Of a DNA stretch of 64,000 nt, positions 38,736-51,854 are shown one piece after another. The notes beneath the pieces were generated by a model, which searched no databases, had not been told where the DNA came from, and saw nothing but the letters and a program-made list of their open reading frames with translations. A program made the translations under genes and the position numbers. The stretch is from Mobula hypostoma (Eukaryota), in the NCBI RefSeq assembly GCF_963921235.1, contig NC_086097.1, positions 159,466,001 to 159,530,000 on the forward strand, in the 5' to 3' direction. How positions within the stretch are numbered: the stretch's first letter is position 1; every line of letters starts with the position of its first letter.

Positions 38736-41243
38736 ATACCTATACAGAGCGATTAGATCTTGTCAATCAAATTAAAGCAACCGACCAACTATATGCTCAG
38801 ACCAAAAATCCAGAACTGTACAAGAAGCGAGTGGAACTTCAAACTAAGTTTGACCTTATTTCCACTCATCCAGTTGAATGCCAACTTCTCGAAAGTAAGA
38901 GCCGGTTTTGTATTCATGGTGATAAATCTGGTAAATTTTTAGTCAATCAACTAAGACGCTCTAAAGCTAAACAACAAATTACTAAAATTTGAATTGGAAA
39001 TTACCTTGAGTCATTCTGAAATCAATGATACATTTAAGAATTATTATTCTTGACTCTATTCCTCTGAATCTTTAAATGATAGCATTTCTGTTGAGCATTT
39101 CTTAAATGGTTTAAGTATTCCTTCACTTTCTCCTAATCCCAAAGCAAAACTCAATGAGCCATTATCATTAGAGGAAATATCTTTAGCCATTTCTGCACTG
39201 CGGTCTGGTAAATCTCCTGGACCTGATGAGTTCTCTGAAAAATTCTATAAATCATTTTCCTCACTGCTTTTGTCTCAATTAACGTTATTTTTTTCTGATT
39301 CGCTTAAACATGGTCAATTGCCAGCATCATGTAATGAGGCAAGTTCATTCTTTCAGCGAAAAAAGGCAAAGACCCAACAGAGTGTTCCTCGTTTTGGCTG
39401 ATTTCTTTGTTTTACGTTGATGTTAAAATTTTGGCTAAAGTTTTGGCTCGTAGATTGGAGAACATTGTACCCTCAATTATTTGTGAAGATCAAAATGGTT
39501 TTATTAAAAATCGCCTCCCCTTTTTTAATATACAGTGTCCATTTAGTATCTTGTATTCACCTTCAATTGGTACGCCTGAATGTGTCATCTCTCTTGACGC
39601 GGAAAAAGTGTTTGATCGTGAGGAGTAGAATTATCTTTTGCGGTTTTCGAAAAATTTGACTTTGGACAAAGTTTTATTACATGGATTAAATTGCTATATT
39701 CATGTCCCACTGCCTCTGTTTTGACCAACTCTCAGCAATCCCAACCTTTTAACCTTAAATGTGGCACCTGGCACGGGTGCCTTGTAAATCCCTTACTTTT
39801 TGATCTGGCCATAGAGCCATTGGTGATTGCATTTCGTAGCTGCGTTGAATTGATGGGGATTTGGAAGTGGGGGTGTTGAGCATAAAGTTTCTCTTTATGC
39901 CGGTGATCTTTTACTTTTTAGATCAAATCCAACTACCTCCTTACCCCCAATGTTTTCACTACTTTAGCCAGCTTTCCTGATACAAATTTAATTTACTCAA
40001 GAGCGAACTCTTCCTAATTAACAGAGAAGCACAAATATTAGCATTTCATAACCTCCTTGTTAAAGTAGTATATAATCAATTCACTTACCTCGGTATTACT
40101 GTAACAAGGAGCACATTTTGCGAGAAAATTTTTCTAATCTTTTAAATCATACAAAACAGGGTTTGGTACACTGGTCACCTCTGTCCATGTCTCTGGTAGG
40201 TCGAACTAATGTTGTTAAGATGTATATCCTTCCCAAATTTTTATACTTATTCCAATCTTTACCAATTTTTATTTCAAAAACTTTTTTTGATTTGTTAGAT
40301 TCTATTATTTTGTCCTATCTATGGAAAGGCAAATGTTCCAGACTTAATAAAGTTCACCTTCAAAAACCTAAAAGGGAAAGTGGTATGGCCTTACCCAATT
40401 TTTGTTTTTATTACTGGGCAGCCAATATTTGTTGCCCTACTTTTTGGTCTTTCTTTTATAATCAGTCTGACTGCCCAAAATGGATGGCAATGGAGTTGAA
40501 CTTCCATAAGATTTCTCCATTTCCTCACTTCTTGGATCCGCACTTGCTTGTCATTTGCCTAAACTTATTGCTAATCTTCTCATTAGACATACTCTGAGAA
40601 TATGGGTTCAGTTCAGAAAATATTATGGTCTTTATGGTTTCTCCCTCTCTAGTCCTATCTTTCATAATCATCTTTTCTGACCTTCTATGCAAGACTAAAC
40701 ATTTCATGATTGGTACAGAAAAGGCATCAAGCATTTTGAAGATTTTTTCAGAGACAATTGTTTTGCAACTTTTGAACTATTGTCTGCAAAGTTTAATCTA
40801 CCTAATACTCACTTCTTTAGATATCTTCAAATTAGACATTTTATTAACCATTTTATACCAAATTTTCCTGAGATGCCTGGAAAAAGTGTTGTGGACTTGT
40901 TTCTTTGTATAAACCCATTGGGTTAAAGTTTAATATCTACTATTCATGATAAGTTAGTGACCTTGAGGCTTTTGATAAAATTAGAACTGCCTGGGAGCAT
41001 GATTTAAATACTTCTCTATCCGATGAGGTTTGGGATTCAATCCTTAAGTCAGTTAACTCAACCTCTTTATGTGCTCGCCACTGCCTTTTGCAGTTCAAGG
41101 TTGTACACAGGGCTCCTATGTCTAAAACCAAATTATCGCGGTTCTATTCTGATATTAGTCCCTTTTCAGACAAGTGTATATTGAGCGATGCTTCTCTTAT
41201 CCACGTGTATTAGGCTTGTCCTCGTTTGGAGAGATGTCTTTTT

Positions 41244-43746
41244 TTTCTTTTTCAATCTTTTCAGTTTATAATAATAAACATAACATGGTAATTGTACAAA
41301 GTTATTGAGGATACATTGTTAGAATTAGCATAAGTAATTATAAAGCCAGTTGACACTTAAATGATAGAACTCCCAATCATATAGGATACAGATGAACAAT
41401 ATAAAACAAAGAAAAATATCTAAAAAATCACGAAAAAGGAAAAAAAAATTATAACCCCCCCTAAAAAAACTAATCTAAACAGAATTAATCAACTAAACTG
41501 AAAAAAAGGCATGAGCTTTTATGTAACATCATAAAAAAAAGAGGAAACCTTCGTGTCGATGACTCCATTCCTCTCAACCAATATTACAAAGAAATAAAAT
41601 AAGTTTGGAAAAGGTCAAATTACGTCATATGAAAATGTTGAATAAATGGCCTCCAGGTCTTTTCGAATTTAATAGAGGGATCATAAACAACATTTCTAAT
41701 TTTTTCCAAATTTAAACACGGCATAGTTTGAGAGAACCAATGAAATGTGGTAGGAGGATTACTCTCTTTCCAATTCGGCAAAATGGATCTTCTAGCCATT
41801 AAAGTAAGAAATGCAATTATCCGACGAGCTGGAAAGGTTAAATAATTTGATTCTATCATTGGTAACCCAAAAATAGCAGTAATTGTGTGAGGTTGTAAGT
41901 CAATATTCAAAACAGTTGAGATAATATCAAAAATATCTTTCCAATATTTTTTCAACAAAGGGCATAACCAAAACATATGAGTTAAAGAAGCTAACTCGGA
42001 ATGACATCTATCACATATAGGATTTATATAACAGTAATAACGAGCTCATTTATCTTTAAACATATGAGCCCTGTGCACTACTTTAAACTGTATCAATGCA
42101 TGTTTAGCACATATAGAGGATGAATTAACTAATGAAAGAATTTTTTCCCATTTTTCAATTGGTACAGTGATCTTAAGTTCTCTTTCCCAATTAGTCTTAA
42201 TTTTATTAGATACATCAGGACATAAATTCATAATTGTATTATAAATAATTGCTACACCTTTCTGAAAAAGATTTAAATCTAAACTTTTTTCCAAAATATC
42301 CATTGAATATAAATTTGGAAAATTAGGAGAAACAGTATTTAAAAAGTTTCTAACCTGTAGATATCTAAAAAAGTGAGATCTAGGCAAATTATATTTATTA
42401 GATATTTGTTCGAAGGACATCAAACAATTATCCAAAAATAAATCACGAAATCGTACTATACCTTTGATTTTCCAATCTAAATATGCTTGGTCCATAGTGG
42501 AAGGTTGAAAAAAGAAATTAGATATAATAGGACTAGCTAAAATAAATTGGTTCAACCCAAAAAATTTTCAAAATTGAAACCATATACATAAAGTATGTTT
42601 AACTATTGGGTTATTCATTTGTTTATACAATTTAGAAAGAGTAAAAGGAAACAAAGTCCTTAAAATGAAAACCCTTGTAAAGAATTACATTCGATTTTAG
42701 CAACTAGGTTAGAGAAGGTATTACCTCAAATTATCTCTGTGGACCAAACAGGATTTATTAAAAACCGGTATTCATCTTTTAATATCAGGAGGTTAATGAA
42801 TATTGTTTATACTCCTTCACTTAACACTTCGGAATGTATTATTTCATTAGATGCTGAGAAAGCTTTCGATAGAGTTGAATGTCCATATTTATTTAGTGTG
42901 TTCAAGAAATTAAATTTTAGTCCGATATTTATATCTTGGATTAAGTTGTTATATCATACTCCTGTAGCTTCAGTTTGTACTAATAATCAAAGATCTCCCT
43001 TTTTGTTGTCTATCTCAGGGTACTAGGCAAGGATGCCCTCTTAGTCCCTTATTATTTGATATTGCCCTTGAACCTTTAGCAATTGCCATCCGAGACTCGC
43101 CTAACATTTTTGGTATTACCCGTGGAAATGAAATACATAAATTATCATTATATGCAGATGACTTGTTATTATATATCTCTAATCAGGGGAAATCAATTCC
43201 TGTTATTTTATCTTTGTTGGCTCAATTTAGTAACTTTCCTGGTTATAACTTGAACCTTAATAAGAGTGAACTATTTCCGCTAAATAAGCAGGTTCCTATT
43301 AATGGATGTCTATCATTTAAACTGGTTACTGACTCTTTTACATATTTAGGGGTTAAAATCAGGAAAAAGCATAAAGATTTATTTAAAGCTTTTTTTTACC
43401 TTTAATTGATCAGATTAAACTTTTGTTTACTAAATGATCATCAATGTTTTTGTCACTGATCGGTCAGATCAATGCTATCAAGATGATTATTTTGCCTAAA
43501 TTTTTATACGTATTTCAAACGGTACCAACTTTTATTCCAAAATCCTTTTTTGATAATGTTGATTCAAAAATTTCCTCATATATATGGAAGAACAAAAACC
43601 CTAGGTTAGGTAAAAGACATTTACAGAAATCTAAAAAAGAGGTTGGGGGTTAGTGCTCCCAAATCTTAGATCTTACTATTGGGCAATTAACATTCGATAT
43701 TTAAAATTTTGGTTATGGGACTTGGAAATTTTAAATTCACATTGAC
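41244..43746 (-). mobile_element. Second L1 with a 5' inversion, inserted in the first L1
   Basis: Minus-strand 3' part 41244 to about 42692 plus plus-strand RT part about 42693-43715; TSD agatgtcttttt at 41232-41243 and 43747-43758. Confidence 0.9.
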
Positions 43747-45733
43747 AGATGTCTTTTTAATTTTATCCCATATCCTTAATTACCACTTAGAACCTAACCC
43801 TTTGATTGCTCTTTTTAGCATTTTGGGTGAAGTTGACATGCGTTTGAGTCTGACTAAAAGGCAAACATTGTCTTTTGACTCTCTCTTGGCCAGACGTTTA
43901 GTTCTTCTTAGGTAACCCACCCACTCATGCTCAATGGCTTAGAGACATTATGTCTTGCTTAGACCTTGAAAGGATTCATTATTCTCTTCTTAATTCAGAC
44001 ATAAAGTTCCATAAGGCGTGGGGACCTTTTCTTGATTATTTTCATAACCCCTCTTTAGATTAAAGGTTTATCTTCCTTTTTCTTTCAGTGATTTAGTCCC
44101 TTACATCCAGCTTTCTTTTCTGGTTAACTTTTATGTTTTATTTTAATGATGTGAAATATGTTATAGTTTAGGTAGTAGGCAATACACTTTTTTATATTCA
44201 CAGCTCTGTGGTGACAAAAGTTCTGATGAACTTTTCTTTATATTGTAATAGTTGGCTTGGAGTGCGTAGTGGGAGCGTGGGGTGGAAATTAACTTTATAT
44301 GATTTTATTTTGGGTGCTTTTTCTTTACTGTTATGAATTGTACATCAGACACGTTGGTTTTGCACTGTATAAATCTCCTTTTTGTTGGTGGCTTTTTTTT
44401 GTTCCAATGTAGAAATTCATTAAAAAAATTAATAAAAAAGTAAGGGGGCATGGGATACAAGGAGTCCTTGCTTTGTGGATCCAGAATTGGGTTGTCCATA
44501 GAAGGCAAAGGGTGGTTGTAGATGGTTCATGTTCTGCATGTAGGTCAGTGACCAGTGGTGTTCCACAGGGACCTGTTCTGGGACCCCTCCTCTTTATGAG
44601 TTTTATAGATGACCTGGATGAAGAAGTAGAAGAGTGGGTTAGTAAGTTTGCCAATGACGCAAAGGTTGACGGTGTTATGGAAAGTCTGGAGGGTTGTCAG
44701 AGGTTACAGCGGAACACTGATAGGACACAGAACTGGGCTGAGAAGTGGCAGCTGGAGTTCAACCCGGATAAGTGTGAAGTGGTTAATTTTGGTAGGTCAA
44801 ATTTGAAGACAGAATATAGTATTAATGGTAAGACTCTTGGAAATGTGGAGGGTCAGAGAGATCCTGGGACATTCAAAGCTACTGAGCAGTTTTGCTGTAT
44901 TGCTAACATTCATTAACCATGGGATTGATTTCAAGAGCTCTGAAGTCATGTTACAGCTGTAGGAGACCTTGGTCAGATCTACTTGAAGTACTGTGTTCAG
45001 TTTTGGTCACCTCACTACAGGAAGGATGTGGATACTATAAAGTGCAGAGGAGATATACAAGGATGTTGGCTGGATTGGAGAGTGTGCTTATGAGAATAGG
45101 TTGAGTGAACTTGGCCTTTTCTCCTTGGAGCAATGGAGGATGAGAGGTGACCTGATAGAGCGGTATACGATGATGAGAGGCGTTGATCATGTGGATAGAG
45201 GGCTGAAAGGGCTAACATAAGGGGGCATAGTTTTAAGGTTCTTGGAAGTAGTTTCAGATGGGATGCCAGGGGTAAGTTTTTCATACAGAGAGGCAGGTGC
45301 GTGAAATGCACTGCCAGCGACGGTGGTAACGATCGTACAATAGAGTATTTTAAGAGACTCTTAGAAAGGCGCATGGAGCTTAGAAAAATAGAAGACTATG
45401 TAGTCGGTAAATCCTAGGCAATTGCTAGAATAGGTTACATGGTTGGCACAACATTGTGGGCTGAAGGGCTTATAATATGCTGTAGATTTCTATGTTCTAT
45501 GTTCTATGACACTGGAAAAGGATGATAGCAGAAGAGCAGTGGCTGGACTTTCTAGGGGCAATTCAGAAAATTCATGAAAGACACACACCAAGGATGAAGA
45601 AGTATTCTAAAGGGAGGATAAGGCAACTGTGGCTGACAAGGGAAGTAAAAAATGGTATTAAATCAAGAGAGTGCGCATAATATAGCAAAAACTAGTGGGA
45701 AATTGAAGGATTGGGAAGCTTTTAAAAAACAAC

Positions 45734-47045
45734 TGTAACACTCAGGGCTATTGGCTCGTGTTTGTCTCGGAGAAACCCCGTCCACCTGCCAAACCGTGTC
45801 TCACGTTTGCGTAGTTGCTGTGTAATGCACCCTGGTACAAACTCACACATAGAATATCAGACAGCACACAATGTATGATTTACAGATTGCACTTTATAAA
45901 TCTTACTGGAACTATGTAATTAATAGAGATACAATATAAAAGGAAAGTAAAAGGCACCAAACTTATCAGAATTCAACCATTTTGTGCACAACCGTTGGAG
46001 CTCAATTAACGGGGTCTTCTTTCCACCATTCGATCTCCTCTGACCTCCTCGACCTCCTCGACCCGCCACCTGGGACCAACCATGGTGGTCGACCAGAGCG
46101 CGCCCAGCACGTCCTTCCTCTTTGGTTCTCCTCCCTAAAGGCCCACACGCTGACTCAGGTTCCCATACATACAGATAGAATAACATAGCTTCAATTGGTT
46201 AGTTTTTTTTAGATTAGGTTATGAAGACACTCAGTCCTCGTTTATTGTCATTTAGAAATGCATGCATTAAGAAATGATACAATGTTCTTCCAGAGTGATA
46301 TCACAAAAAAAACAGGGCGAACCAAAGACTAACACTGACAAGACCACATAATTATAGCATATAGTTACAACAGTGCAAAGCAATACTGTAATTTGATAAA
46401 GAGAAGACCATTGGAACGGTAAAAAAAAGTCTCAAAGTTCTGATCAACTCCCGATAGTCCCGTTAGCAGGTGGCAAAAGGGAGAAACTCTCCCTACCATA
46501 AACCTCCAGGCACTGACAACTGCTGATGCATTGGAAGCACCTGACCACAGCCGACTCTGAGTCCGTCCGAAAAATTCGAGCCTCCAACCAGCCCTCCGAC
46601 ACCGAGCACCGAGCGCCATCCTCTGCCAAGCGCTTTCACCCACCCCGGCCGCCGAGCAACAAGCAAAGCTGAGGACTTGGGGCCTTCTCCTCTGGAGATT
46701 CTGGATCACAGTAGCAGCGGCAGTGAAAAAGGCATTTCAGAAGTTTCTCCAGATGTTCCTCTGTGCTCTCACGTCTGTCTTCATCAAATCAGGTTTGTGC
46801 ACGGCACCCTACTTGACAGATAACAGATATCATTCCGGAGTGACCGCTGCACGCCGCATCGTGCTGCCATCTTCTCATAGTTCCTCCGTTATCTATGACT
46901 ATAACCAAAACATTTCAGCTACAGAGAACATAACCTCATAGTTAACATTACAAAGAAGCCATTTCATTACAACACTTCAGAGAGGCCATTTTATAATTAG
47001 CAGTTAACAGTTAACATTACAGTTAATATTACTGGGAACCCTACG
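45734..47045 (-). mobile_element. Probable solo LTR (about 640 bp net), split by a retroposon
   Basis: Non-coding insert in CR1 bounded by tgtaac... and ...ccctacg; imperfect 4-bp TSD caac/cac. Confidence 0.55.
46205..46877 (-). mobile_element. ~670-bp non-autonomous retroposon, copy 3 (full length)
   Basis: Homologous to 1287-1965; TSD tagtt at 46200-46204 and 46878-46882. Confidence 0.87.
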
Positions 47046-48736
47046 CACAAAAGGCAACTAAAAAGCCATAAGGAGGGAAAATATGAAATATGAAGGTAAG
47101 ATAGCCAATAAAATAAGATACCAAAAGTTTTTTAGAGGTATGAAAAATAAAAGAAAATCGAGAGTGGATAATGAACCACTGGAAATTGACACCAGAGAGG
47201 TAGTAATGGGAGACAAAGAAATTGCAGATGAATATTTAATAAGTATTTTGTGTCAGCCTTTATGGTGAAAGACACTATTAACATGCTATAGATTCGAGTG
47301 TGTTAAGGTGCAGAATGAGTGTAGTTTCTATTACTAAGGAGAAGATGCCTGAGAAGCTGAAAAGTCTGAAGTTAGGCAAGTTATATGGACCAGATTGACT
47401 GCAACCACGGTTCTAAAAAAGTAGGTGAAGGGATTGTGGAGGCATTAGTAATGATCTTTCATGAATCACTAGAGTCAAGAATCGAGAGGATTGAAAAATT
47501 GCAAATGTCACTCCCCTCTTTGAGAAGGGAGGGAGGCAGAAGCAATGAAATTATAGGCCAATTAGACTTACAGCAGTGGTTGGGAAGATGTTGGAATTCA
47601 ATGATAAAGATGAGGTTTCAGGGTACTTGGAGACACATGATACAATAGGCCAAAGTCAGCATGGTTTCCTTCAAGGGAAATCTTGTATGACAAATCTGTT
47701 GAAATTCTTTGAGGACGTAACAGGCAGGAAAGACAAAGGAGAATCAGTGGACATTGTCTACTTGGATTTTCAGAATGCCTTTGACAAGTTACCACACACA
47801 AGGCTGCTTAACAATTTAAGGGCCCACAGTATTACTGGAAAGATACTAGCATGGATAGAAGATTGGCTGACTGGCAGCAGGCAAAAAGTGGTAAAAAAGG
47901 AAGACTATTCTGGTTGGCTGCTGGTGACTAGTGGTATTCTGCAGCAGTCAGTATTGGGACTGCTTATTTTCACATTATATGTCAATGATTTTGATGATGG
48001 ATTAATGGCTTTGTGGCCAATTTAGCAGACAATATATAAATAGAAGAAGGGGTAGGTAATGTTGAGGATCAGGGAGTCTTCAGAAGCACTTGTACAGATT
48101 GGGAGAATGAACAAAGAAATGGCAGAATATAGTGTAGGGAAGTGTATGGTCATGCACTTTGCAAGAAGGAATAAAGGTGTAAACAATTTTCTGCACAGCG
48201 AGAAACTTCAAAATTCAAAGTTGCAAAAAGGACTTGAAAGTCTTCATGCAGGATTCCCTAAGGTTAATATGCACATTGAGTTAGTGGTAACAAAGGCAAG
48301 TGTACTGTTAGCAGTCATTTTGAGAAGTCTAGAATATAAAAGCAAGGATATAATGCTGAGGCTTTAAGAGGTATTGGTCTGACCACACTTCAAAGGTTCA
48401 AAACTTCATTTTATTATCAATGTATGCACGCAGAATGCAACTCTGAAATTTTTCTTCTCCAGATAGCCACAGAATGCAGAAAACTATATAAGTAGTTGAA
48501 AAATAGGCACCAACCTACACCCACCATGAAAAAACAGAAACTCAGAAACCCCAAACATCCCCAACCCCTCCCTCATACAAAATCTAACAGATCACCCAAA
48601 CCCCCATCCTACCAATCTGCAACAAGAAAGAATGGGAGCGAACACAAGAAAAAAACATAGAACTAAAATAGGCCAATATGAACTCCAGTTTAATCCATAC
48701 ATCTCAGAACTTTGGTAACATCTCTGAGAGCATCGA

Positions 48737-48928
48737 GACCCAGCGGCTCCTCCAAAGGCAGCAACTCGAGCCAGCAGCCCCTCCGAGGGCAGGAACTCGA
48801 GCCAGCGGCTCCTCCGAGGGCAGGAACTCGAGCCAGCGGCTCCTCCGAGAGCAGGAACTCAAGCCAGCGGCTCCTCCGAGGGCAGGAACTTGAGCCAGCG
48901 GCTCCTCCGAGGACAGTAACTTCAGCCA
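48737..48928. repeat. 31-bp GC-rich minisatellite, about 6 units, within an unclassified insert (about 48390-49000)
   Basis: gagccagcggctcctccgagggcaggaactc at 48768, 48799, 48830, 48861 and 48892. Confidence 0.92.
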
Positions 48929-50084
48929 GTGGCCTTCCAAGGTCAGCGACTACAGAAGGCTGCCTGCAAAGTCAAAACCTTCATGCTGACAATAGAGCTG
49001 TTCTTTCTGAAGGGGAATTGAAAACCAGCACTTCGCACAAGGGATAATGGAAATCCAAAAGTTTTGTCCACCAAGCACAGTGGTATTCACACTTTCAGTG
49101 CTGAGACTGAGATTTGTCTTTTATTAGTCTATCAAAAGCTAAGGTTGTCATCAAAGATTACGTGGCATGGAAAACCTAATGAGTTCCTACTGGTCTTATT
49201 GCCTAAGATTAATAAAAGACAAGGTGATATGGCAAAAGGGAATATTTTAATGATTAAACAAAACAGGAACTAGCATCTGCAGTCAGAGTGGTGGAATCAT
49301 TTAATGAGAAAATGGGCATTCCAAGAAAGGGATACTGTAACCTTTCTAAATGGAGAGTGGCCTAATCACTACTAATCCTCTTGTCATCTCTTATGAACTG
49401 CTATAGATTAATGTTAGTTTTTCAAAGCTAAAAAATCTCATCATTGCAGAAAGAAGCAGTAAATAGACATTTATGATATAGGGCAAAAGCGACATTTATG
49501 CCCAGTTTCCAGTGACTTGGACAAGATGCAGGGGTTAGGGCTTATTCTGTCCTCTCAGCCAGCGAGGAGCAAATAATGAATGAAATTCTAAAGAGGAAAT
49601 GACAGCGATAATTATCAGCAAACCTCAGTGCTTCTTTCTTTTTTGAAACTTTGTTTGGTCATCTACGTATATCTGATAAAGATAATGAGATTTTTAGCTT
49701 TATTTCTATGCTGCCCACTGGCACTAAGATAAGATGAAAAACTCTTCACATCCACAGAAGGAATTATCCAACTTGCCACATCGCAACTACTGGAATGTGA
49801 AACTAGTTTTTCCGGATTAACCTCAATTCATAATTCACCCATCAAAAAGCAATGAATGAAAGTAATAGGGCAAAAATCACTTCACAAAGGTGGAAAAATT
49901 GTAAAATAAATGAAAAATAGAAGAGGAAAGTAGGTAGAAGTGCCGTCATTAGACCAATTTGGGTACAAGTTAGTCCATGGGAGCTTTCTACCTAACATGG
50001 TCACAAAAATCAAAAGTTTTTTTTTCCTGCTCTAGTTTCCATACAAACTCATTTATATATAATTGGAAGGAAAATTTTCTACAG

Positions 50085-51507
50085 GCCGGTGTTGTGGACC
50101 CTCTAAATATATTCCTTTCTATCATTCACATGCTTTCAACCTCAACAACTTCCAATTCCCTGGACATGACTGCCTCATTTTCACATGGATGACCAGTCCC
50201 TATACACTTCAATCCCCTATCAAGAAGGCCTTAAAACTCTCCATTTCTTTCTCAACAAAAGACCCAAGTAGTTCCTCTCTATCACCATCCTCCTCTGAAA
50301 GAACTAATCTTCTCCCACAACAATTTCTCCTTTTGCTCCTCCCACTTTCTCCAATCTCAAAGGGGAGCATGGGTACCCACATAGGCCCCAGCTATGCCTG
50401 CCTTTTTGTTAGCTGAATAGAACAATACATGTTCTGAGCATCGCCTGGTAATGCTCCCCAACTCTTCCTGTGCTACATTGACAACTGTAGTGATGCTGCT
50501 TCATACACCCATGATGGCTCGTCAGTTTTATCTTTTATATTGCCTCCAACTTCCACCCTGCCCTTAAATTCACTTGGTTCATTTCTGACACTTCTTTCTC
50601 TTTTCTCCATCTCTCAGTCTCGATCACAAGAGACAACCTGTCTACCGACATCTTTAATAAACCTGCCAATTTCCATGGCTATCTTGATTATACCTCTTCC
50701 CAATCTGTCTCCTGTAAAAATGCTATTCTCTTTTCACATTTTCTTTGATTCTGCCACATCTGTTCCCAGGTTGAGGATTTCCTTTCCAAGACATCAGAGA
50801 TGTCATGGTTCTTCAAAGAAAGGGGTTTCCCTTCCTTCAGCATTGATACTGTCCTCATCTGCACCTCCCCCATTCCCTAGATATTCATGTTAGCCCCGTC
50901 TTCCTGCCACCTTAAGAGGGATCTTTTCTCACCCACCATCCTGTGAGCATCAGCATCTAACACATCATCCTTTGCAACTTCCGCCATCTCCAACAGGACC
51001 CTAACACCAAGCACATCTTTACCTCCCCCCCACTCTCTTTTTTTCTGTAGAGATCAGTCCCTCCCTGATTCCCTTGTCCATTTGTCCCTCTCCACTAATC
51101 TCCCTCCTCACACATATCCCTGCAACTGACAAACGTGTAACACCTGCCCATTCACCTCCTCCCTCACCTCCATTCAGGGCCCTAAACAGCCCTTTGGGTG
51201 AGGTAACACTTCACCTGTGAATCTATCGGATATTGTCCATTGTATCCAGATGCGGCCTTCGCTATATTGGTGGAACATGTCATAAGTTGGGGGAGCACTT
51301 TGTCAAGCACCTTCACTCCATCCGCCAGAAGAGGAATTTCCTGGTGGCCAACCATTTTAATTCTTATCCCCATTCACGTTCCAACATGGCGATCTATAGC
51401 CTCCTCTTTTGCCATGATGAAGTCACTTTCAGGGCGGAGGAGCAACACCTTATATTCCTTCTAGGTAGCCTCCAACCTGTTGGCATGAATATCAATATCT
51501 CCTTCTG
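50085..51507 (+). mobile_element. Old Penelope-like element (RT and GIY-YIG), degenerate
   Basis: MDDQSLYTSIP, GSMGTHIGPSYACLFV, YIDN, CGLRYIGGT, EEQHLIF. Confidence 0.88.
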
Positions 51508-51509
51508 GT

Positions 51510-51709
51510 CAGATGTGTGAAATTTGTTGCTATGTGCAGCTGTGGAGACAAGGTCATTGGGTGTATTTAAGGCAGAGATTGATAGGTTCTTAATTGGACA
51601 TGGCGTCAAAGGTTACGGGGAAGAGGCCAGTAACTGGGGTTGAGGAGGAGAAAGCAGTCCCAATGGGCCAGATGGCCTAATTCTGCTCCTATGTCTTATG
51701 GTCTTATGA
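51510..51709 (+). mobile_element. CR1 3' end
   Basis: tcttatggtcttatg tail. Confidence 0.75.
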
Positions 51710-51829
51710 TCACAGAACAAAAGCGGGAAAGAAACATTTTTTTTTCAGACAGAGGAAAGCAACCAACTATGACTTATTTGTTGAGAAATGGGTTATAGTA
51801 TAAAATAAATTATTACAAAGGAGAGCTAC

Positions 51830-51854
51830 CTTTCAAACTACTTCCAAATATAAC
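51830..51854 (-). CDS. Possible 25-nt micro-exon, phase 0-1 (VIFGSSLK)
   Basis: Acceptor ctgcttatag, donor AAG|gtagct; bridges the phases of its neighbours. Confidence 0.35.

Larger units (their letters stand above)
35626..44436 (+). mobile_element. Full-length degenerate L1-clade LINE (ORF1 about 35773-36590; ORF2 from 37135)
   Basis: 5' ggggtcttccgg; ORF1 LEGRSRCQNLRI and ERAHR; ORF2 ISWNVKGLN, LQETH, RIDY, SDH, SLDAEK; A-rich tail; TSD aaagtaag(a/g)gg at 35615-35625 and 44437-44447. Confidence 0.92.
35418..45507 (+). mobile_element. CR1 RT fragment nested in the old CR1, split by L1
   Basis: SQHGF..RLIQKVR| resumes GHGIQG at about 44445; (tgttcta)n tail; gaca duplicated at 35414-35417 and 45508-45511. 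Confidence 0.88.
33930..48390 (+). mobile_element. Old CR1, outermost host of the second nest; pieces 33930-35417, 45508-45733 and 47046-48390
   Basis: Esterase remnant, LYLNACSI..GITESW APE, later SQHGF, YLDFQNAFD; pieces are colinear. Confidence 0.85.

Noticed and set aside
48737..48928. CRISPR array or repeat-protein ORFs
   Set aside because: Contiguous 31-bp units with no spacers and no cas genes; ORFs appear in several frames because the unit lacks stops
49624..49672. Candidate exon with good splice sites
   Set aside because: Stop codon in all three frames
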